From Candidatus Iainarchaeum sp. (lineage in GTDB: Archaea; Iainarchaeota; Iainarchaeia; Iainarchaeales; DTGL01), in assembly GCA_026396995.1 (NCBI GenBank), contig JAPLVS010000054.1, forward strand, positions 24,052-88,051: a DNA stretch of 64,000 nucleotides, written 5' to 3'. The notes beneath the pieces are model-generated. The model made no database searches, had not been told where the DNA came from, and saw only the letters and a list, made by a program, of their open reading frames with translations. Each line of letters begins with the position of its first letter. Within the stretch, counting starts at the first letter, position 1. This document shows positions 28,437-37,080 of this stretch, one piece after another. Position numbers and translations under genes: made by a program.

Positions 28437-29044
28437 AATATGCGTCGATTGTGAGGGAGCATTTTTCAAAGCAGGCTGTTTTCAGCATACGCGACCTTTC
28501 AATTTTTCTTTCAACCAAGGGCATTTCCAAAGGCTATGTGCGCCTGTTTCTCCACAACCTTTTGAAAAAAGGCGAAATCGTGCGCATTTCCAAAGGCATT
28601 TATTCTTTTGAAAAAGACCCGGTGCTTTGGGGCTTTGCTTTTTCGCCTTTTTATTATGGCCTGCAGCAGGCACTTTCCCTGCATGGCCTATGGGAGCAGG
28701 AAAGCATTCCAGTAATAATAACGCCCAGAAAAGTGAGAACCGGCCTGAGGGAAATCTGCGGCTCGAACATCTTGGTCAGGCGCATCGGCAGGAAAATGTT
28801 TTTCGGCTTTGAAATGCTGCCCTATTACGGCCAGTTCATCCCGGTTTCCTGCCCTGAAAAAACCCTTTTGGATTTTTTTTATTTCAGGGAACCTTTGCCT
28901 GAAAGCGCGCTGAAAGAGCTCTTGAAAAAGGCCGACGGCAAAAAATTGAACGCTTTCCTTAAAAAATACCCGAAGCGCTTCAGGCATTCGTTCAGGAAAA
29001 AATTCCCTGTCTTCTTTGAAAAAGCCGGAAAGGAAAAGAAATAG
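28433..29044 (+). CDS. AbiEi-like antitoxin / wHTH transcriptional regulator
   Basis: N-terminal wHTH (FSIRDLSIFLSTKGISKGYVRLFLHNLLKKGEIVRISKGIYSF) is typical of AbiEi. Overlaps the upstream gene by 4 nt (ATGA). Confidence 0.5.
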   Translation: MKYASIVREHFSKQAVFSIRDLSIFLSTKGISKGYVRLFLHNLLKKGEIVRISKGIYSFEKDPVLWGFAFSPFYYGLQQALSLHGLWEQESIPVIITPRKVRTGLREICGSNILVRRIGRKMFFGFEMLPYYGQFIPVSCPEKTLLDFFYFREPLPESALKELLKKADGKKLNAFLKKYPKRFRHSFRKKFPVFFEKAGKEKK

Positions 29045-29046
29045 GC

Positions 29047-29771
29047 TTAAGACCGCCCGGATGTTTTTTTGGAATTTGTGTAGTCAACTATTGCAAAGAG
29101 TGCCTTTCCTGTTTTTTTGTCAATGTCGAGCACTAAAATGTTCGCTGTATGAGCTTCAATGTCAACGGCCGAAAGCGTGAATAACTCCAGGTATGCCCTT
29201 TCAACAATTTCTTTTGCTTCCTGAGGATTTATTCCCTTTCTTTCCATTTTTTTGTAAAAATAGTCCGAATAACGCGAAAGGCCGAAATGATATGCGGGGG
29301 TTAGCGAGGTAAGATAGCCGCCAAACGAGTGGAGAATATCCAAAGCAGCAGGGCAGGATAAACCCGTTCCACGTACCTAAGCCCTTTCCTGTCAATGCCA
29401 AGGATTTCTACTGGCTGAAGCTCAAAATATTTTGGCTTTTTGCCCATAATGTATCTTGGAATGCTTTCTGCCAGTTTAAGGGCGTTCTCGAAATCTTGCT
29501 GGGACTGAAATTCCCTCGCGGTTCCAGCCATCGACTTCGAAAAAGGCAAAAGAGTTCTTTTCCAACGTATCGGCTTGCGCAGGTTTTTTCTCACGCGCCG
29601 GCCGGCATCATAATCAGCCCAAAATCTCCTGACTTGCTTTCTTGAAACTTTTTTCGGTTTTTGAATGCAGAAAACAGAGCCAGGCATTGGCTGCAGCACT
29701 CTCGCTTTGGGCAATTTCATGCCTCCTTGAGCGCCTTCACAATTTCCTTCAATCCTTCTTTTGTGTTCCAC
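29047..29771 (-). pseudogene. Hypothetical gene apparently split into two overlapping frames (29301-29771 and 29047-29343)
   Basis: Two same-strand ORFs overlap by 43 nt in different frames. No motif recognised. The 5' end also overlaps the upstream epimerase gene. Confidence 0.3.
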
Positions 29772-30613
29772 TTGGGCTTCCAGCCGAACTTCCTGATTTT
29801 CGCGATTGAATATTCCCTGTTCCTTGCAAGCCTGTCCAGGTGCTGCGGCGTGATTAAGGATTTCGGGGAAAGCACGAGGAAAATGTAAGCAAGGGGTTTC
29901 CCGAGCCAGAAAGGCAGTTTCATCAATTTAGGCTTCAATCCCAATGCCTTTTTTATTTCAATGCACAATTCTTCCAGTGTAATGCCTTTCTCTTCCGCGA
30001 GGATAAATGTTTCATCCATTGTTTCCTTGTGTTCAGCGCAGAAAACCAGCGCATCTACAAGGTCGTCGATGTAAATCGTCTGCCATTTGTTTTTTCCGTT
30101 GCCTGGCAACGGGAATTTTCGGATAAGTTTTATGATTTTTTTCCAGTATTCATTGGGGCCGAGGACAAGCGCAGGCCTGAGGATTGTGATGTGCATGAGT
30201 TCCTGATATTCCTGGACTTTCTGCTCGGCCTCCATTTTGCTTTTCTCGTAATCCGTTTCCGGATTGAAAGAACTGCCTTCGTCCACGGCTCCCTTTTGCT
30301 CTCCGTGCACGCCCACGCTGCTCAAGTGAATGAACCTTTCCACTTTTCCTTCGGATGCCGCCTTCAAAATGTTTTCGGTGCCATGCACGTTCACCTTCCA
30401 GAGCGCGGGTGAGTGTTCGTCCAATATCGCTGCAAGATGTATGACAGTGCCGATGTCCTGCACCGCCTTTCTGCAGTCCTCTTCTTTCAAAATGTCCAGG
30501 CCTTTATCCAGGTCGAATTCTTTCACCCAGTGACCTTTTTTCCTCAATTTTGCGACCAATCGTTTCCCTATAAAGCCGCTTGACCCAGTGACAAGAAAGC
30601 GCATTTTTTCCAT
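29717..30613 (-). CDS. NAD-dependent epimerase/dehydratase (extended SDR)
   Basis: Rossmann motif VTGSSGFIGKRLV at the N-terminus. A YxxxK region is present. About 298 aa. Confidence 0.75.
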   Translation of the reverse strand: MEKMRFLVTGSSGFIGKRLVAKLRKKGHWVKEFDLDKGLDILKEEDCRKAVQDIGTVIHLAAILDEHSPALWKVNVHGTENILKAASEGKVERFIHLSSVGVHGEQKGAVDEGSSFNPETDYEKSKMEAEQKVQEYQELMHITILRPALVLGPNEYWKKIIKLIRKFPLPGNGKNKWQTIYIDDLVDALVFCAEHKETMDETFILAEEKGITLEELCIEIKKALGLKPKLMKLPFWLGKPLAYIFLVLSPKSLITPQHLDRLARNREYSIAKIRKFGWKPKWNTKEGLKEIVKALKEA

Positions 30614-30647
30614 TTTCTCAACATAAAAAAGTACGCAGGCATTCCTC

Positions 30648-31691
30648 TTAAAGGTATCCTTCCACGAGCACGTCTCCACCCAGCTGCCGTATCGAGCCCT
30701 TTTTGATTTTCATATCCCTGCTCAAAGAATCGTTGCAGAATTCCAATCCCTTGCCAACTTCTTTCCTTGAAAAAATCAAAACAATCCTATCTACAAGCCC
30801 TTCGCGCAGGAAAGAAGTGTTCACTTTCTGCCCGCCTTCCACCAGGACGCTCATGTAATTCTTTTTCCCGAGCACTGCAAGGGCTTTTTTCAAATCCAAT
30901 TCCCCTTTCTTTTCCTTCACCGCAATGCATTCCACCCCTTTTCTTTCAAGCGCCTTCCTTTTCTTGGAATTGGCGCCTCTGGAATGGAAAATTATAGTTT
31001 TCCCCTTTTCATTCAGCATTCTTGCCTCCAAAGGCATCTCCAGTTCCGGGTCTAAAATCACTCTTACCGGATTCCTGCAATCTTTTTTCCTGCAGGTCAG
31101 CCGCGGGTTATCCTTCAGCACAGTGCCTATGCCGACAAGAATGCAGTCGCATTCCGCCCTGTAATCCTGTACAAATTTGTCCGTTTCCTTTCCAGAGATT
31201 TTTTTTCTTTTGCCGTCACCCCATGAAATGAAGCCATCTCTTGTCAGCGCGGATTTCAGCACAACAAAAGGCTTTTTTGTTTGAATCCATTTGTTGAAGT
31301 AATCGTTGAGGCGCAGGGCTTCGCTTTCAAGAATGCCTGCCTGCGTTTCGATGCCTGCCTTATGCAGCTTTTCAATTCCGTTTCCGCGCACTTTGGGGTT
31401 CATATCGAGTGCCCCGATGAAAACCTTTTTCACTCCGGCGCGGATGATTTTTTCAGCGCAAGGCCCTGTAAAGCCCCTGTGTGAGCACGGCTCCAAAGTG
31501 CAATACAATTCGGCTCCTTTCGCCTGCTTCCCTGTTTTTTCCAATGTGATTGCTTCCGCATGCTTTCTTCCTTTTTCCCCGTGGAAGCCTGTGGCAATAA
31601 CCTTGCCTTCTTTCACTATCAGGCATCCGACCAAAGGCCTTGCTTTCACTTTTCCCTTGCCTTTTTGCGCAAGGATTATTGCCTGTTCCAT
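30648..31691 (-). CDS. ribD: Bifunctional riboflavin biosynthesis protein RibD (pyrimidine deaminase + reductase)
   Basis: N-terminal CMP/dCMP-deaminase zinc motif HAEAITL...CTLEPCSHRGFTGPCAEKI. The C-terminal RibD reductase domain has an NADPH-binding region. Confidence 0.75.
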   Translation of the reverse strand: MEQAIILAQKGKGKVKARPLVGCLIVKEGKVIATGFHGEKGRKHAEAITLEKTGKQAKGAELYCTLEPCSHRGFTGPCAEKIIRAGVKKVFIGALDMNPKVRGNGIEKLHKAGIETQAGILESEALRLNDYFNKWIQTKKPFVVLKSALTRDGFISWGDGKRKKISGKETDKFVQDYRAECDCILVGIGTVLKDNPRLTCRKKDCRNPVRVILDPELEMPLEARMLNEKGKTIIFHSRGANSKKRKALERKGVECIAVKEKKGELDLKKALAVLGKKNYMSVLVEGGQKVNTSFLREGLVDRIVLIFSRKEVGKGLEFCNDSLSRDMKIKKGSIRQLGGDVLVEGYL

Positions 31692-31749
31692 GAAAGCGGT
31701 TTCCATACAAAAGAGAAACCTTTAATAGTATTTTAACCCCAATGTAATA

Positions 31750-32667
31750 ATGCCTGAACCAAAGCCGAAGCCGCAGGGATTGTTTGTTTTTGTGCCTGCG
31801 TATGATGAGGGGCAAACGTTTGGCAAGGTTTTGTCTGATTTGGTGGAATTGAAAAATGAAGGCCTCGTTAACGGCATCCTGGCAGTAGATGACGGCAGCA
31901 AGGATAGAACCGGTGAAATTGCTGATAGTTTTAAAGCACGGGGTGTTGAGGTTATCCATTTCAAGAAGAATGCCGGCAAGGCGATGGCTTTTTATCGTGC
32001 CGTGCGATGGGCGCATGAAAGGAATGCCGAGTTTTTCGGGATGTTTGACGCAGACCTCAAAGGCATTTCAAGGGAGCAAATCGAGGAAATGATGCGCGGT
32101 TTCGGGCGGTCAAGTTTTGCAATGAAGGAATGGAATCGCAAAAACCCTGAAAGGCGGATCAGAACCGAAATGGTCCTAGGCCAGGCGCATTCCGAGGGTT
32201 TGCTTGATATCAGCGGTGCGCCTTTGCTTTCAGGCCAGCGCATTATCCGCATGAGTGCCTTGAAGCCGTTGCTTATCGGGAACAAGAACTGGCTGAACCA
32301 GATTGCCGGGATAAATAAGACAAAGAATCTAGGCAAGGTTCACTTTGAATACAAGCGCCGTGGCTATGGCCTTGAAGAAGCCTTAAACAGCCTTGTGGGG
32401 CAAGTGCTGAGCCATGGCCGCCTGAACCAGGACCCGAACACCAAACTATGGCTCCCCTTGAGTGTGCAAATAACCAATGCCTATTTTTTAGCAGGCAAGG
32501 GGATAACTGCCAGAGGCGCTGATCGTTTGCGCCAAAACCGGATAACCCCAGAAATCATGGCAGTCGGAGATTTGCAGGATAAGCGCGATACTGAAGCCGG
32601 ATATAGAAAAAGCTTGAGAATCGAGGCGAGAGCAATGCGCAAGCCGAGCCCGGTGAAGCCGAAGTAG
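31750..32667 (+). CDS. Glycosyltransferase family 2 (dolichyl-phosphate sugar synthase-like)
   Basis: FVFVPAYDEG, AVDDGSKDRT, and FDADL (DxD) are the GT-A signature. The C-terminal half is atypical. Confidence 0.55.
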   Translation: MPEPKPKPQGLFVFVPAYDEGQTFGKVLSDLVELKNEGLVNGILAVDDGSKDRTGEIADSFKARGVEVIHFKKNAGKAMAFYRAVRWAHERNAEFFGMFDADLKGISREQIEEMMRGFGRSSFAMKEWNRKNPERRIRTEMVLGQAHSEGLLDISGAPLLSGQRIIRMSALKPLLIGNKNWLNQIAGINKTKNLGKVHFEYKRRGYGLEEALNSLVGQVLSHGRLNQDPNTKLWLPLSVQITNAYFLAGKGITARGADRLRQNRITPEIMAVGDLQDKRDTEAGYRKSLRIEARAMRKPSPVKPK

Positions 32668-32795
32668 GTTGCCGCACAGGCTGGCATTTCAGCCTTCAAT
32701 GAAACCGTTTGTTTCCCTTCTTAGAAATGTTTTTTAAGGCTTTTATGCTTGATTTGTCCTAGTTTAGGGAAACAATTGGCTGGAATCTTGAGAGC

Positions 32796-34718
32796 ATGGC
32801 TTTGTCTGAGTGGAGCGAAGAAAAAGGCTTTTTTGCAAAGAACAAGCCTAAGCGGGAAGAAGGCTCAAACCCTGACAGCGAATGGGAAAAACTCGAGCAG
32901 ACTTTGCTCAGGCGGAAAGACCAGGCCAATTCAATGGATGAGCCTGACGGTGCCCTGATTGCATTGATAAACCAGCTTGATTCCGAACTAAAGGAAAAAA
33001 AGCAGGGCAAGGCAGATGAAAAGGCGCTTGAGCGCTCAAAGGACACGCTGGCAATGATCGATGAAAGGCTGCACGGCACAGACTGGCCTGTGAGGGAACT
33101 GCAGAACAAAGTCAGGAAGGCGGCTGCAGGCGAAAGCAGGGAAGCGATGCCTGCCGCCAGAAAAGCACCGGAGGAAACCAAAATGGCTGCAAATTTTGAT
33201 GTTAAAAAAGAAGAGGAAAAAATAAGGAAAGCCATGGAGGCAAAACTGAGGGAAGCCGGGCAGGCCCAGAAAGAAGACATGTTCGAGGAAGCTGAGCCTG
33301 AAGACCTTGAAGCAGGCGGAAGCGCCGAACCGGCACAGGGCAAGGCTGCAGTCGTGGAAGACGACCTTTTCGAGCCAGAAGAATCCAGGTCGGGTGCGCC
33401 TGAACCGTTGGATGAAGCCGCGGAGGAATCCTTCGAGGAAGAATTCGAGGAAACAGAAAAGCCGGCAAAGGCTGAAAAAAAGGCAGCCGAGCAGCCATCA
33501 AAAAAAGAAAAAAAGGAAGTGTCGCGCGATTCATTCAAGGGAACCGTTGACCTTGAAAAAGCGGAATTTTTGTACAAGGCTTCGGTCAACCAGCTTCTCA
33601 AGGCGCAGCTTGAAAACGGAGCAATCATTCCGACAAGCAGCGAAAAGAGTTATCTGCACATTTACCCGAGGGACCTTGCCTTTTGCACGCTTGCATTGGT
33701 GAAAGCCGAAAGATTCGATGAAGCGCAAAAAGCGCTTGATTTTGCCTTAAGGCACCAGGACAGGAAAACAGGCTGTTTCCCGCAAAGGTGGGACGAGGCA
33801 GGGAACAACAACGGCTACAAGCCGGTGCAGCCAGACGCCACAGCGCTCGTGCTTTACGCTTTCGCAGAATATGTGCTTGAAAAAAACAATGTCGATTTTG
33901 CTGAAGTGAACTGGGACCGCATAGAGAAAGCCATTGATTTTTTGAATTCGAAAATCGTATCAGACAAAAACCTGGTGTTTGCGCCGTCCTCTGTGCACGA
34001 ATTCCCGCCGATGGAAGAAGGCTATGAAATCTGGGCAAATGCGGTTTGCTGCGCGGCATTCAGGGAGCTTTCCAAGGTCGCAGAAAAAATAAAGGCAGAA
34101 TATCTCCCATTGAGCAAGGAAAACGCCCTCAAGGATTCGATGCTGCAGTACCTGTGGAATTCGAGAAAGCAGTGCTTTGTAAAAACCATAAGGCTGAGCG
34201 AATCCAGTTCAGTGATGCTCTGGCCTGATGCCTCTGTCCTCGCTCTTTCCTTCTTTGATGTTTTCGCCCCGAACGACAAAAAAATCGTTTCGACAATAAA
34301 ACTGCTGGATGAAAAATTATGGCACAAGTCTTTCGGCGGAATCTCAAAATTCGGCCCGGTTGAAGGCGTTGAAAAAGGCGGTTTCGGGGCAAGCCCGTTC
34401 TTCTCGCTCCTGCTCGCCGACTATTATATCAAGGCAGGCGACAGGGAGAAAGCCGAAAAGTTCCTGAACTGGGTTATTAGCGTGGGACAGGCAGGCTCGC
34501 TGCCTGAACATGTTTCAACCAAAGAGGATTTCGAGGCGTTCGTGCTGGATTTCGGGGACGCCGGCCTCCTTAACAGGAACACAATGAAGCAGATCAACAG
34601 CGTCAGGGAAAGCGGCGATTTCAAGAACGGCATTGCAAGAATCACTGATCCGTTCTCGATGGCGCACGCCGCATTCATCCTTGTCTGGAAAAACTACAAG
34701 GAAAAATTCATGAAGTGA
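32796..34718 (+). CDS. Protein with a ~250-aa acidic/Lys-rich disordered N-terminus and a GH15-like (glucoamylase/trehalase-type alpha/alpha-6 barrel) C-terminal domain
   Basis: SYLHIYPRDLAFCTLAL matches the GH15 Y-x-x-x-W-x-RD-x-AF motif with W replaced by Y. Repeated helical hairpin pattern downstream. The N-terminal 250 aa are E/K/A low complexity. Confidence 0.45.
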   Translation: MALSEWSEEKGFFAKNKPKREEGSNPDSEWEKLEQTLLRRKDQANSMDEPDGALIALINQLDSELKEKKQGKADEKALERSKDTLAMIDERLHGTDWPVRELQNKVRKAAAGESREAMPAARKAPEETKMAANFDVKKEEEKIRKAMEAKLREAGQAQKEDMFEEAEPEDLEAGGSAEPAQGKAAVVEDDLFEPEESRSGAPEPLDEAAEESFEEEFEETEKPAKAEKKAAEQPSKKEKKEVSRDSFKGTVDLEKAEFLYKASVNQLLKAQLENGAIIPTSSEKSYLHIYPRDLAFCTLALVKAERFDEAQKALDFALRHQDRKTGCFPQRWDEAGNNNGYKPVQPDATALVLYAFAEYVLEKNNVDFAEVNWDRIEKAIDFLNSKIVSDKNLVFAPSSVHEFPPMEEGYEIWANAVCCAAFRELSKVAEKIKAEYLPLSKENALKDSMLQYLWNSRKQCFVKTIRLSESSSVMLWPDASVLALSFFDVFAPNDKKIVSTIKLLDEKLWHKSFGGISKFGPVEGVEKGGFGASPFFSLLLADYYIKAGDREKAEKFLNWVISVGQAGSLPEHVSTKEDFEAFVLDFGDAGLLNRNTMKQINSVRESGDFKNGIARITDPFSMAHAAFILVWKNYKEKFMK

Positions 34719-34808
34719 TATCAAAAGACAGCACTATCAGTATTTCCTAAATGTCTTTTGATAGTTATCAAAGGACAAATTTATACGATTATTTTTGTCC
34801 TTTGATAT
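34717..34808 (+). repeat. Double-hairpin intergenic repeat element, copy A
   Basis: ATATCAAAAGACA-N21-TGTCTTTTGATAGTTATCAAAGGACAAA-N14-TTTGTCCTTTGATA fills the whole spacer between convergent genes. Confidence 0.75.
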
Positions 34809-34811
34809 GAA

Positions 34812-35660
34812 TCAACGCGGCTTTCTGCCCTGAAGTTGCCATTTTTTCAGGGTACGCCTTTGCTGCGACCTGCGCATGGCACTCCTTGAAGGCTGCATCG
34901 GCTTCGGCCCGGCTGCAGGCTTTTTAGGCCGCGGATGCTCGAACTCCTCAAGGGAGCGCCACAATAAATCCAAATCCTTGTTTGAAAGATAGCCCTGTTC
35001 GTTTTTCATTTCTGCCAAAAGCCTTGGCCTCAAGTCGGCGCCAGGGCGCTTTCTTTCCAGGCTGGGTTTTATTTCCGTAACAATTTTTGCCGAGAGTGCT
35101 TTTTGTTTTTTGATGTTTTCTTGTATTTGTTTTGCCAGTGTTTCTTTTTTTGACCCTTCAGGCTGCATTTTTCTTAATTCTCTCAATTCAAAAAGTTGCC
35201 AGTAAAGTTTCTCCAGCTCAACAAAATTTGCGCCGAAAATGTCCCGCATCGCTTTAACTTTTCTGTCCCAAGGAAGGTCTTCGTAACCGATGTTTGTTTC
35301 TTTTTTCCAAAGGTGGCCATAAACGGATTTCAGCATTTCAAGCGACCTTTCCATTTTGAAGGCCGGAATTGCATTGGTAACGAAGTTACGGTGGCTTGGC
35401 TTTGAGACAAGGCCGAGATTCGAGAAGTCAAGGAGCAGGTTTGCTGGAACGGTCGAACCGAAATGATATGAATTCGGAAAAAGGGAAGTGGCTGCTTTTA
35501 CCATGTCCGATTTTACACCAAATCGGGTGGCAAGTGTCCTGATTATAATTCCAGAAATTTCGTGTGCTTTGCTTGGATTGAAGTGCCCCCCCCTCTTTGC
35601 TTGGGCGATGCATTCTTCGATTATTGCATCAATCATTGCCTGTGTGACATTTTTTGCCAT
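34812..35660 (-). CDS. Hypothetical protein
   Basis: 282-aa ORF with a basic C-terminal tail. No motif recognised. Confidence 0.4.
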   Translation of the reverse strand: MAKNVTQAMIDAIIEECIAQAKRGGHFNPSKAHEISGIIIRTLATRFGVKSDMVKAATSLFPNSYHFGSTVPANLLLDFSNLGLVSKPSHRNFVTNAIPAFKMERSLEMLKSVYGHLWKKETNIGYEDLPWDRKVKAMRDIFGANFVELEKLYWQLFELRELRKMQPEGSKKETLAKQIQENIKKQKALSAKIVTEIKPSLERKRPGADLRPRLLAEMKNEQGYLSNKDLDLLWRSLEEFEHPRPKKPAAGPKPMQPSRSAMRRSQQRRTLKKWQLQGRKPR

Positions 35661-35764
35661 AATGAATCCCTGTTTTGTTGTTTTTAAAAGAGGATTGTGG
35701 GCGCCTTTGCCCGCCCAGGGAAAAGTGAAAGTTTTTTAAAAAGCACCCGGTATTACTTGGTAGT

Positions 35765-36064
35765 ATGGAGAATGTGAGCCTTAAATTGGACAAGCCGATG
35801 GCAAGGCAGATTGAGAAGGGGATGCGCGAGTTCAATTATTCGACGAAAACGGAATTCATCCGCGATTCCATCAGGGGCAAGCTGAAAGAATTGGAAAAGG
35901 AAAGAGCGGAAAAGAAGGCCTGGGATGCATTGTTTGCATTAAGGGGCTCGCTGAAGGGCAAGGGCCGGTTCAAGACTGACGAGGAGTTTTATGCGTGGAG
36001 GGCAGGCGAGGGAAGCAGGCTTTTGGAAGAAAAATTGTCCAAAGAATTGGGCCTGAAACCTTAA
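35765..36064 (+). CDS. Ribbon-helix-helix (CopG/VapB-like) DNA-binding protein
   Basis: N-terminal VSLKLDKPMARQIEKGMRE...STKTEFIRDSIRGKL is a classic RHH beta-strand plus two helices. Confidence 0.55.
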   Translation: MENVSLKLDKPMARQIEKGMREFNYSTKTEFIRDSIRGKLKELEKERAEKKAWDALFALRGSLKGKGRFKTDEEFYAWRAGEGSRLLEEKLSKELGLKP

Positions 36065-36564
36065 AGCAGATTTTCCGGCAAATGCGCCTCAACAATGCCG
36101 ATTTCATCAAAGTGCCGGTCCCTTGTCACCAGTATCGCTTTTTCGTCTCTTGCAATAATCGAATGTAAAATGTCATAAAGCGGGACTTTTTTTCCAAATT
36201 TTTTCAGCAATCCAAGCGCTTCCCGAGATTGTGTTGTTGTATGCGCTACTTTTACAATTATCCCAGTAAAACCAGAAAAAATGGTCGTAATCTGTTCCTG
36301 TGATAAATGGGCTTCCAGCTCTTCAATAACAATATCTGAAACAATTATCTGTGCTTTTTCTTTCACGCATTTTTTCAGGAACAGGAAAGCGAACTCTCCA
36401 AGCGGCCGCATGCCGTCTTTCCTGTCCTCGAAATAATCCCTCCAGACTGAAGTATCTAAGTAAAATCCCCTGGCCACAAGGAAATCCTGCGGAGTGAAAG
36501 GATTAAGGCTTTCGAGGGATGGTTTCCCCTGAACCTGGAAAAGCAAACAATTAAATTCCGCCAC
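36061..36564 (-). CDS. vapC: PIN-domain ribonuclease (VapC-like toxin)
   Basis: Four acidic PIN residues in context: FYLDTSVW, IVIEELE, LYDILHSIIA, LVTRDRHF. Confidence 0.7.
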   Translation of the reverse strand: MAEFNCLLFQVQGKPSLESLNPFTPQDFLVARGFYLDTSVWRDYFEDRKDGMRPLGEFAFLFLKKCVKEKAQIIVSDIVIEELEAHLSQEQITTIFSGFTGIIVKVAHTTTQSREALGLLKKFGKKVPLYDILHSIIARDEKAILVTRDRHFDEIGIVEAHLPENLL

Positions 36565-36579
36565 TGCCTTTTATTTGAG

Positions 36580-36900
36580 GTGGTCTGTGTGAAGAAAATT
36601 TTCAAAATGGCGGTTGCCTCGATAGTGATAATAATTGCGATTGTTTTGGCCGTTAATTTCGCATATATGCCGAAAATAGACTTTTCCTGCAGTGGGGATT
36701 CGGATTGTATTGTTATAGACGGGCACAACTGCTGCGGCTACTATCCGGTTTGTGCCAATAAAAATTCCATTCCAAACCCCGAATATGTGACATTCAAATG
36801 TTCGATAACCGGCGAATCCAGCGTTTGCGGCTGGACCCATATCGATGGCTGCAAATGCGTGAACCGCAAATGCGAAGGCTACCAGCGGCAGCCTGCCTGA
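36580..36900 (+). CDS. Small secreted/membrane-anchored cysteine-rich protein (12 Cys in 106 aa)
   Basis: N-terminal hydrophobic anchor (MAVASIVIIIAIVLAV) followed by CSGDSDC..HNCCGYYPVC..C..C..CKC..C. Confidence 0.4.
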   Translation: MVCVKKIFKMAVASIVIIIAIVLAVNFAYMPKIDFSCSGDSDCIVIDGHNCCGYYPVCANKNSIPNPEYVTFKCSITGESSVCGWTHIDGCKCVNRKCEGYQRQPA

Positions 36901-37080
36901 AAACCGCTTGGCTTGGCTTTTTAGCCCCCCCGCATCCTTTTTAATCCTTTAGGGTGGGAGTATTATTATTGGAAGGGAATTCTGTTTCTTTGCTTTCTTT
37001 CGAGAGCAAAGGCTTCGCAAGAAGCGTCCTTTCAGTAAAGCAAATGCAATGTTTGCGATTGGAGTTTTGAGGGTGTTGTA

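Noticed and set aside
32759-33628. 289-aa Ser/Ala-rich ORF on the minus strand
   Set aside because: It is antisense to the E/K/A-rich N-terminal region of 32796-34718. Low-complexity coding sequence creates long open reverse frames.
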